The notes under the pieces are model-generated. The model made no database searches and had not been told where the DNA came from. It saw only the letters and a list, made by a program, of their open reading frames with translations. Shown here in pieces: positions 47,602 through 56,003 of a stretch of DNA of 64,000 bases. The number at the start of each line of letters is the position of its first letter. The first letter of the stretch is position 1. Position numbers and translations under genes: made by a program. Source of the stretch: Kiritimatiellia bacterium (GTDB lineage: Bacteria > Verrucomicrobiota > Kiritimatiellia > RFP12 > JBMNHG01); contig JBMNHG010000003.1 of NCBI GenBank assembly GCA_050950285.1, positions 1 through 64,000 of the forward strand. Direction: 5' to 3'.

Positions 47602-49221
47602 TCATTTCCCTGTCTCCATTTTCGCCTGTCGCAACGCTGCCCGTCCTTTGTCGGTAAGACGATACTTTTGCAGACGGCTAGTTGGTTTGTCCGGGACCGT
47701 CATTTCGATAAGGCCATCTTCCAGCGCCGGATGAATATACGTTTCCCTCAGTCGCCGACGGCTTTTCAGTTCAAACGATTGCAGGATTTCTGCGTTTCCA
47801 AGCGCTTTATCGGCCTCTAGCAGGCCGAGGAGGCGGCTGACATAGTTACTGACTGGTGCCGCGACTGGTGCCGTAACTGGTGCCGTAACTGGTGCCGTAA
47901 CTGGTGCCGTAACTGGTGCCGTAACTGGTGCCGCAACTGGTGCCGTAACTGGTGCCGTGACTTCCGGGGTGACTTGCTCACCGATCTCGGTTTTCGTCGT
48001 GCCAGCCACCACCAAGGGCACGGTCACCTTGAACATGTCGCCATCCTCGAACACCGGTTTGCCCGCACCGGGGGCGTAGTGCGGCAGGTACAGATTCACC
48101 TTGCGGACGCCGGAGCCGAGTTCCTCGTAACGGCCAATCTGGATCATAAACTTGCAGATGGTCGGGTTCTTGGGAAACGGCGTGAAATTGCCGGGATCTA
48201 TACGGCCGTGATAATGCGGCACATTCGGGTTCTTGAACTCGACACGGTCGGTGTAGATCATCATCGTGGCCGGCGCGGCGCTGGTGTATTCGCGGTGGGC
48301 AATGATGTTGGCAACCAGTTCACGGAAAATGATCGAGCGCAAGCTGATACTCGTGGTGCCTTCCATGTAGAACGGATCGTTCAGGTGCTTGTCGACGAAG
48401 CCCATGAGCAGATCGAACGCGTCAATCAAGTTGCCCCGGACAATCAGGCGGTCGTCGTAGCGTTCGGTGTCGCGGCGGCGCAGGAGCGCATCGAACTTGT
48501 AGCCGGGCACAATGCTCTGGATCGTCGTGTCATAGCCGAACATCAGGGCGGCGGCCAGGGTGTAGCCGGGCTTGCCGGTGGAATAGTCCTGCCGCACAAA
48601 ACCGGCGACCTTGAGTAGTTCCTCTGGCGGCAGATTCGCCCATGGGTGTTGCGGCTGACGCCCCAGCATCAGTTTCTTCGCCTTCTCAAATAGGGCGGGA
48701 TCGAGATCTTTGATGCCCAAATAGGGATAGACGCGCTGTTCGGTGAAGAAACTCAGCTTGCGGTTCATCAGACCGGCCAGGCGGTTGACATCCTTGATTT
48801 TGTAGTCGCCATCCTCGCTGCGCAGAAAGACGCTGCCGCCCACCTGATGCACCTGCGAACTGGCGGGCACGAGCACCTTGATGACCCACTTGTCGCCAGC
48901 CTGCTCTTCGTGCGGAAACAGAAGATGCGGCGGATCGAGCTTCTGCGGGTTGTTCGACAGGTTGGCAATGTCCGCCTTGATCCGTTCGATGGCATCCTCG
49001 TTCACCCCGGAGACCGTACCATCGTCGTCCACGCCGAGCACAATCAGTCCGCCATCCATGTTGAGAAAGGCGCAAACGGTATCGAAGAAATTGACCGGCA
49101 GCCGATCCGTCGCCCGCTTGAACTCCAATGCCAGCCCCTCCTTCTCACCAAATGGCTTCTTCGATGTCTTGCCCTTCTTTGCGTTCTCTGCGCTCTTTGC
49201 GGTTAATCTCTTCTCGGTCAT
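47602..49221 (-). CDS. AlbA_2/Schlafen + HATPase_c_4 + HTH protein
   Basis: LEFKRA, CAFLN..GG.IVLGVDDDG, RELVANIIAHREY, EELGSG, PDKPTSRLQKYRLT. Confidence 0.88.
   Translation of the reverse strand: MTEKRLTAKSAENAKKGKTSKKPFGEKEGLALEFKRATDRLPVNFFDTVCAFLNMDGGLIVLGVDDDGTVSGVNEDAIERIKADIANLSNNPQKLDPPHLLFPHEEQAGDKWVIKVLVPASSQVHQVGGSVFLRSEDGDYKIKDVNRLAGLMNRKLSFFTEQRVYPYLGIKDLDPALFEKAKKLMLGRQPQHPWANLPPEELLKVAGFVRQDYSTGKPGYTLAAALMFGYDTTIQSIVPGYKFDALLRRRDTERYDDRLIVRGNLIDAFDLLMGFVDKHLNDPFYMEGTTSISLRSIIFRELVANIIAHREYTSAAPATMMIYTDRVEFKNPNVPHYHGRIDPGNFTPFPKNPTICKFMIQIGRYEELGSGVRKVNLYLPHYAPGAGKPVFEDGDMFKVTVPLVVAGTTKTEIGEQVTPEVTAPVTAPVAAPVTAPVTAPVTAPVTAPVTAPVAAPVSNYVSRLLGLLEADKALGNAEILQSFELKSRRRLRETYIHPALEDGLIEMTVPDKPTSRLQKYRLTDKGRAALRQAKMETGK
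47851..47958 (-). repeat. 12-bp VNTR, 9 units (TAPV/AAPV)
   Basis: ACTGGTGCCGTA tandem array, in frame. Confidence 0.92.
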
Positions 49222-52151
49222 GCCACCCTCCATCGGATCGCAAACAGCGCTTTCACGCCATAGGTGTGCTTCAACTGCTTCTCGATCTTGCCGATCAGGT
49301 CTTCCCGTTGCTGGTCAATGGCGTCCTGGGCGTCGAATAGCTCGCGCCGCTTGCCGTTGCGGCGGCGTTCGAGATCGCGCAGTTGTTTCTGGTGGGCGAG
49401 CTTGTCCTGCAACGACTGCGCGAGGGCGGCGGAGCGCCGCAACTCTCGAATCTGTTTGTCGAGTTCCTTGATCTCGTGTTCGAGCGAGAGCTTCAAGTCT
49501 TCGCTCCATCGGTCTAGCTTCTGCACCTCTTCATCGAAGAACTGCCCGTTGCGGGTGTCGATCTCGCCCAGTTTCTCTTGAACCGCCGCGTCACGCAATT
49601 TTTTCAGATGAGGGGAATTAACCGCAAAGATCGCAGAGATCGCAGAGGAATTGGCTTCACTTTCCCTCTCTGCGTTCTTTGCGTTCTCTGCGGTTACATC
49701 TTCTTTGATGCGTGCTGGCAGCGTCAGCAACTTGCGGCAAATCTCGTCGTCGAGAATCTGGTTGTGATCCGTGCGGGCGGCGAAGACGAGAAACTCGTCG
49801 ACCTCGACGGCCTCGACCGTGAGTCTGGAGACCTCCAGCCAGCCGGACTGGCCCACCAGTGGTTCGATCACGCTGATCTTGGCCGGATGGTTCGTGTAAT
49901 CGAGGGTGACCTCGGCAACGGGCAAACGGCGGGCGATGGCGCGCTCGATGAGACGATGGGCCAAAGGATGGTCCGGACGGTAGAAGTGCTCGTCAGCGGC
50001 CTCGGCCGCCTTCCAGTCGAGGTTATACCAGCCTTGGCGGATGCCCGCCGGGGTGTCGCCGCTGTAAAGGAAACGCGGCATCTGCGGGTCGAACTGGGCC
50101 TGTCCGTCGAGCTCGACACGCGTCAGGTCGAGCAGCCATCGTTCCCGCTGGGACAGGCATTCGAGCGTTTTCTCCCTGCTGATCTTGAGGCGCGACCGCA
50201 CGTCCTCGTCGAAGTTCTCCATGAGCGCCTGGCGCGTGGCCGCCAGGCGGGCCTGAATCTTGGCGTCCAGTTCGGCTTGGAGGGCGTCGAATGCCGCCTG
50301 TATCTCGGCGTTCGTGCGGCAGGTCTGGTACACGTCGGCAATGCGGCGCTCGATGTCCACGCCGGACTCCAAGGCCCCGAGGACCTCGTCCGACGCGCCA
50401 AAGACACCGTCAAAGAGCCTGAACTTCTCACTGAGGAGTTCGTAAACGCGCTTGTCGGCCTCATTGCGGCGGTTCAGGAAGTTGACCACGACCACGTCAT
50501 GCTTCTGGCCGTACCGATGGCAACGACCGATGCGCTGCTCGATCCGCTGAGGGTTCCACGGCAGGTCGAAGTTGACGACCAGCGAGCAGAACTGAAGGTT
50601 GACACCCTCGGCGGCCGCCTCCGTGGCGACCAGAATCGTGGCTTCATCGCGGAAATGCTCGACGATGGCGGCCTTCATGTCCACGGCGCGAGAGCCGGAG
50701 AGGCGATCCGTTCCCTCGTGCTTGGCTTGCCATCGTTGGTAGATGTCGGCGTGATGCGGCTGGTTGTTCGTTCCGTTGATCGTGGCGACTTGGCCCTCGT
50801 ACCCGTTGGCGCTCAGCAGATCGTAGAGGTAGGTCTGGGTCTCGCGTGATTCGGTGAAGATGACGGCCTTGCGGGGTGCTCCCAGCGCCTCGGCCTTGGC
50901 AAACGCGGTCTTGAGTGCGGGGAGCAATGCGTCGCCCTTGGCATTGCGTCCGATGCAAGACGCCAGATCAGCGTAGCGTCGCAGATCGGCCAACTCACCC
51001 TTCAGTTGTTCGGGGTCGATCTTCGCGTCACCTTCCTCTTCGGCGTCCTCGGCATACTCGTCCGCGAGTTCGGTCACGCCCTCGATGTCGTCATCGTCCA
51101 GGAGTTCCATGTCGTCGCGGAGGTTCTCCAGGCGAGCCGCAAGACTGCGGAGCGTGCGAGCGATGGCAAAGGTGGACGACGCCAGGAGCTTCCGCAGCAC
51201 CATCGTGATGAGTTGCCGTTGGCTGGCGGGCAAAGCATAGAGCACGTCACGTTGCAGGTAAGTCGTGATGGAATCGTACAGGTTCTGCTCCTGCTCCGAC
51301 GGCAGAAACTCTTGCGTGATCGGCACCCGGTTGGTGAAAGGGATGTACTCGGTCACCTGCTTGCGCAACGCACGGGTGCAGACCGGCGCGATCCGTTGCT
51401 TGAGCTGGACGTTGCGGGACAGTTCGTCGGTGCTGTTGACGAACTGCTCCCGAAAAGAGGCCGCATCCCCGAAGACATGCGGGTCGATGACACTGACCAG
51501 GCTGAACAACTCCAACAGGGAGTTTTGAAGCGGCGTGGCCGTCAGAAGGAGCTTCGGTGCCTTGCCAACCGCGTCCGTAATCTGGTGGGCCATCGTCTTC
51601 CGTGCGGCCGGGTTGTTCTGCAAACGTGTCCGGGACCGGTGAACATTCCGCAGTCGGTGCGCTTCGTCAATGACCACCATATCCCACGGCACCTGGGCAA
51701 CCGAGGATGCCCGGGCCGCCGCGAAGTTGTAGGAGCAGATGACGGCCTTGTTCTTCTGGTCGAACGGGTTTCCACCGCCGTTCTTGCGGAGACGAGCGGT
51801 CACCTGCGTGTCCAGGACCTCCGACGGGATGAAGAACTTCTCGCTCAACTCCTGCTGCCACTGCTTCCGCAGCATGGCGGGAACGACGATGAGAATACGC
51901 CGCCGCCGTTCGGCCCATTTCTGGGACAGGACGATGCCCGCCTCCACGGTCTTGCCCAGTCCGACCTCGTCCGCCAGGATCGCGCCATTCGTGAATGGCG
52001 AACGAAGCGCGAACAGCGCCGCGTCGATCTGATGGGGGTTGAGATCTACCCTAGCGTTGGCGATGGAACGAGACAGCGCAGCAATGTCGCCGCCAGACCC
52101 GCGAAGGGTCAGAGCGTGCGCCCAGTACTGGCTGTGGTAGGCAGTGCTCAT
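49218..52151 (-). CDS. SNF2-family helicase (defence-operon type)
   Basis: LADEVGLGKT, IDEAH, LTATP, EGVNLQ, WNPQRIEQRIGR. Start MSTAYHS. Confidence 0.93.
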   Translation of the reverse strand: MSTAYHSQYWAHALTLRGSGGDIAALSRSIANARVDLNPHQIDAALFALRSPFTNGAILADEVGLGKTVEAGIVLSQKWAERRRRILIVVPAMLRKQWQQELSEKFFIPSEVLDTQVTARLRKNGGGNPFDQKNKAVICSYNFAAARASSVAQVPWDMVVIDEAHRLRNVHRSRTRLQNNPAARKTMAHQITDAVGKAPKLLLTATPLQNSLLELFSLVSVIDPHVFGDAASFREQFVNSTDELSRNVQLKQRIAPVCTRALRKQVTEYIPFTNRVPITQEFLPSEQEQNLYDSITTYLQRDVLYALPASQRQLITMVLRKLLASSTFAIARTLRSLAARLENLRDDMELLDDDDIEGVTELADEYAEDAEEEGDAKIDPEQLKGELADLRRYADLASCIGRNAKGDALLPALKTAFAKAEALGAPRKAVIFTESRETQTYLYDLLSANGYEGQVATINGTNNQPHHADIYQRWQAKHEGTDRLSGSRAVDMKAAIVEHFRDEATILVATEAAAEGVNLQFCSLVVNFDLPWNPQRIEQRIGRCHRYGQKHDVVVVNFLNRRNEADKRVYELLSEKFRLFDGVFGASDEVLGALESGVDIERRIADVYQTCRTNAEIQAAFDALQAELDAKIQARLAATRQALMENFDEDVRSRLKISREKTLECLSQRERWLLDLTRVELDGQAQFDPQMPRFLYSGDTPAGIRQGWYNLDWKAAEAADEHFYRPDHPLAHRLIERAIARRLPVAEVTLDYTNHPAKISVIEPLVGQSGWLEVSRLTVEAVEVDEFLVFAARTDHNQILDDEICRKLLTLPARIKEDVTAENAKNAERESEANSSAISAIFAVNSPHLKKLRDAAVQEKLGEIDTRNGQFFDEEVQKLDRWSEDLKLSLEHEIKELDKQIRELRRSAALAQSLQDKLAHQKQLRDLERRRNGKRRELFDAQDAIDQQREDLIGKIEKQLKHTYGVKALFAIRWRVA
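49620..49695. repeat. AACC...GGTT palindromic element lying in frame in the helicase gene
   Basis: AACCGCAAAG-ATCGCAGAG-ATCGCAGAG ... CTCTGCGTT-CTTTGCGTT-CTCTGCGGTT; a half element also at 49177-49204. Confidence 0.82.
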
Positions 52152-52161
52152 GCGGTGGTCT

Positions 52162-53208
52162 CTATTCCTCTTCCTCGTCCTCTGTCGACGCAACGGTCCA
52201 GATGCGCTTCAGGGGTAGCTCTGCGCGGATGTCTTCGTCGAGTTTGTCATAGTTGAGCAGGACCTGATCTATCAGATCGTTCTGATCCCAAAGTCGAACC
52301 GTGAAGAACAGACGGCTCGCCTCGCGCTTGATCGTGGGTTTGAAGCCACCCCAACAGACGAGGAGTCCCTGATCGGCTTGGACGTTCTGCATCGTCCCCA
52401 GGAGTTGGTCGAGTACTGGCCGTTCCAACGGCGCGTCCTGACTCTTGACCTGAACGCAAATGCGAGGCCGTCCGAACCCCAGCGTATCCGGTGCAGCAAG
52501 GATGTCCTTGCCGCCGTCCGCGCCCTTGTCGCTGTGGTAGGTGGAGAAACCTTGGGCCTGAAGCAACGCCTTAACCAGTTCCTCCAAGCCGTGGCCGCTG
52601 TACTTGCTGATGATCAACCGGGCAATCTGGTCTCTGGCGATCTGCTCGATGTCGAGATCGCTCCCAGAACCGTCGTCGGGCGCGTTGTCTTCATCCTTGC
52701 CGGGCTTGATCTTGATACCAACGGATTTCCATCCGTTCGCCTGCATGGCGCGGACCCTCTTCTCGGCATCATGGCGACTCACCTGGCAGACGGTCGTGAA
52801 CGCCCCCAGCGAGTAGAGGATGTCCTTGTCGAAACTGGTGCGCGGGATGTCGGTCTCGATCCATTTGACCGTGCGGAAGTGGTAGTACGGGTTCTCGGCC
52901 TTTGGATCGAAGGTGTACGGCCCCGTGATCTCGCCGATGTGGATCGTCTTGCGCTTGCTCGGAACGCAAACCCAGTCGCCAGGCGACATGCGGTGGGTGA
53001 ATGCCCATATCTGACCTGAGTTCTGCACACGGTGGAAGTGCTTGAACTTCGGGTAAACCTCCTCCAGTACCGCCATGAGATCCTTGCGTTCCTTCAGCTT
53101 GCCGAGGTCGCGGTTGAGGCCGCCCCAGGTGAGGTAGATGCGATTGTCTTTGAGGAACTTGTCCTCATGCTCGCAGTGCCGTCCCGATCTGTTCAGCCAG
53201 AGTGCCAT
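52162..53208 (-). CDS. Mrr-like (type IV) restriction endonuclease
   Basis: LEELVKALL.AQG, GADGGKDI, VQVKS, VRLWD; N-terminal W..R.G..GW..HFRTVKW domain. Confidence 0.88.
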   Translation of the reverse strand: MALWLNRSGRHCEHEDKFLKDNRIYLTWGGLNRDLGKLKERKDLMAVLEEVYPKFKHFHRVQNSGQIWAFTHRMSPGDWVCVPSKRKTIHIGEITGPYTFDPKAENPYYHFRTVKWIETDIPRTSFDKDILYSLGAFTTVCQVSRHDAEKRVRAMQANGWKSVGIKIKPGKDEDNAPDDGSGSDLDIEQIARDQIARLIISKYSGHGLEELVKALLQAQGFSTYHSDKGADGGKDILAAPDTLGFGRPRICVQVKSQDAPLERPVLDQLLGTMQNVQADQGLLVCWGGFKPTIKREASRLFFTVRLWDQNDLIDQVLLNYDKLDEDIRAELPLKRIWTVASTEDEEEE

Positions 53209-53213
53209 GATGG

Positions 53214-53417
53214 TTACTCCTGTGGTTGGTCTTTCGACTTTTCAAGGCCATGCGTCACCCAGGCATCGATGGCGTCCTTGTGGAACCGCCAGCGCTTGCC
53301 GATCTTCTGGCCCGGCAACTTTCCGTCGACGGCCAGCTTGTAGAGCGTGGACTTCGAAATCTTCAGGTACGCCGCCAACTCGTCCATGGTCAGTATCTCA
53401 TCATGTTTGGCGTTCAT
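53214..53417 (-). CDS. Excisionase-like HTH_17 regulator
   Basis: ILTMDELAAYLKISKSTLYKLA..KIGKRWRF..IDAW. Confidence 0.9.
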   Translation of the reverse strand: MNAKHDEILTMDELAAYLKISKSTLYKLAVDGKLPGQKIGKRWRFHKDAIDAWVTHGLEKSKDQPQE

Positions 53418-53826
53418 AGGCTACTCCAGGCCTCCATCTTACCGGTTGAACGCGAAGACAGACAACCAGCAGCGAGCATTATCCATATTTTGCCGGTGTT
53501 CACAATGCCAAAATAGTGCCGATCCGGGGGATCGCTACCCGCCTCCGAAATCGGGCCGCGCTGGCCGTGCAGAGGACAGCGGGCTGGATCGGCCCCGCCG
53601 CCGGTCTGGAACCGGCAGGCGGTAGGTCCTGCGCACGATGATCGCCCCGGCGGCGTGGTCAAACCAGGCATCTGGGACGACCGTCCGGCGACTCTCTGGT
53701 GGGTTCATGTTGGCGGGCTGGGCCGGTCTGGCGGCCAGAATGCCGCCGGAACAGGCCAACCGGGTCGCGCCGAAGGCCGTAGGCGGGTGCGATGACCGAG
53801 AGTGGTTCGAGTGGGGTTGTTCCTGG
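53244..53826. repeat. Duplicated HTH plus leader block (second copy ~55142-55741)
   Basis: The HTH gene, its upstream ~110 bp and a further ~230-bp block (53598-53826 / 55513-55741) are near-identical. Confidence 0.85.
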
Positions 53827-54186
53827 GGAAATTTCGGGACAAGCCAGTTAACCCCGGCCATGAGGTTCGCCCAGGGTTCGTCTCGACCACCATTTTGGCA
53901 TGAGGAATGACTGTCTGATGGGTCATACCTCAGCCGTCTAGCATTACATACGCGGCGCACGCATGAAGTGGCGGAAGAATGTCTTGGTCAGTCGTGGCAG
54001 ATGTTTGCGGGTGACTGCCCCGGTCATTCCGAGACTCTCTGGCAGGGGTTGCGGAAGCCGGGTCAACCACCTGCGAGGAACTGGTTAACAGCTCATGCTT
54101 CGCGAGCGAGCAGCGGCACCCCGGTGCTCAGAGAGAACGCCTCGCGCAGTAGCCGGTGGGATTCATCGAGGGGTTGTCCATCGTCG

Positions 54187-55106
54187 TCACTCTCCTTTGA
54201 TCTTGCGCCTTGAAGTCGGCCGCCGAGCCGTTTGCGGGCCGTTTCTCGTGGTCTGCGATGTCCGGTTTGTCCGATTTATGGCCGATTCCTCATCGCCTGC
54301 CGATGGCCCGTTTGGCCCCTTTGGCCCCTTTGCGGCCCCTTTGCCAAGCACATTGACAGTGCCCTTGCCCGTGGTTCCGACCCGATCAACAACGCCTTTG
54401 GCGACGAGATCGGCCAATTCACGATGCGCTGTTCGCTTGGATACACCGAGTATGGCTTGATACTCCGAATTACCAATCGTGCCAGCGATCTTCAAATGGG
54501 TTACTGCCCGCTGTTGTCGGTCGTTGAGCCCCAGCCCGACCATGACCTTTTCCGTCAGCCAATTGCGCCAGAGCGTTGCGGAGAACTCGCCTTCACGCTG
54601 ATCGAAGTCTGGTTCGGGCAAGGCTGTTCGTCAAACGGACGGTTTTGAATGACGCCCGCCTGTTCGAGGTGGTTTACCAGGCTGGCATAAACGGCGGGGA
54701 TTAGTTCGGACACGCTGTTGAAGCGTCGCCGGATGAGTTGGCCGCCCGCCTTGCGCACGAGGGCCTGCATCTTCGGATGGCGGGCGTCGTCGTTCTCGCC
54801 CTTGACGAAGATCAGCCGCTCTATCCCGGCGGCGGTAGCCCGGTCGAACTCGCGCTCGGTGGGCGAGACGCCCTGGGCGTCCTCGTAGCCGTAGTCGTTG
54901 CCCAGAAGACCAAGGTACACGTCGCACCGATCCACCTGATCCAGATAGACCTTGTCGGCGCGACGATCAGCGGCGGGCATGTCCTCGAACAGGAACACAT
55001 CGAAGAACCGGCCCAAGAGGGCGTCGCCGATGATGTAGCTCTTCAGCGCCCGGCGTTCCTCGGCCAGTTCCTTCTGCACGCTGCTGATGAATATCAATTG
55101 CTTCAT
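54187..55106 (-). pseudogene. DUF4062 - (ATPase deleted) - HTH gene
   Basis: IFISSVQKELAEERR..SPTEREF N-terminus is joined out of frame near 54620 to PEPDF..LNDRQ..SKRTAHREL. Confidence 0.75.
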
Positions 55107-55315
55107 TTCCGGGCCTTATGCGAGTCGGCAGGGCGGTTCCCAAGCCCGTGTGTCACCCAGGCATCGATGGCGTGCTTGTGGAACCGCCAGCGCTTGCCTA
55201 TCTTCTGGCCCGGCAGCTTCTCGTCGACGGCCAGCTTGTAGAGCGTGGACTTCGAAAGTTTCAGGTACGCCGCCAACTCGTCCATGGTCAGTATCTCACC
55301 ATGTTTGGCGTTCAT
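55103..55315 (-). CDS. Excisionase-like HTH_17 regulator, second copy
   Basis: Near-identical to 53214-53417. Confidence 0.9.
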   Translation of the reverse strand: MNAKHGEILTMDELAAYLKLSKSTLYKLAVDEKLPGQKIGKRWRFHKHAIDAWVTHGLGNRPADSHKARK

Positions 55316-55755
55316 AGGCTACTCCAGGCCTCCATCTTACCGGTTGAACGCGAAGACAGACAACCAGCTGCGAGCATTATCCATATTTTGCCGGTGTTCA
55401 CAATGCCAAAATAGCGCCGATCCCGCCGGGCGCTATGGCCCTTATGTCCGGTTTGTCCGATTCATGGCCGATTCGTTGCACCTGCCGATGTCGTCGGGCA
55501 CTCATGGGCCACGCCGGTCTGGAACCGGCAGGCGGTAGGTCTTCCGGACGATGATCACCCCGGCGGCGTGGTCAAACCAGGCATCTGGGACGACAGCCCG
55601 GCGACTCTCTGGCGGGTTCATGCTGGCGGCCTTGGCTGCTCCGGCGGCCAGGATACCGCCGGAACAGGCCAACCGGGTCGCGCCGAAGGCCGTAGGCGGG
55701 TGCGATGACTGAGAGTGGTTCGAGTGGGGTTGTTCCTGGGGAGCCATTTTATTCC

Positions 55756-55790
55756 AACGCCCGCCCAGATATCGGCCGGGCGTTTTTTTG
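55756..55790 (+). terminator. Terminator-like hairpin
   Basis: AACGCCCG...CGGGCGTT followed by a T-run. Confidence 0.5.
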
Positions 55791-56003
55791 TTTGTCGTTG
55801 TTTTTCACGCCAAGCCGCAAAGGATCACGGGGCATCTGGCAGTCCGTCGACGATCCGCATGATTCCATCAAAACCCCTCGCGTTCGTTGCGTCTTACCTT
55901 TGCGAGAGCAACGAAGCCCAAGGCCTGGCGGCATCCGGCTTCCATCCGTCAAGAGTCGGTGCAAGGTGGATGGGGTCGATCGGGAACCCAGCCTGCCGCG
56001 AGA

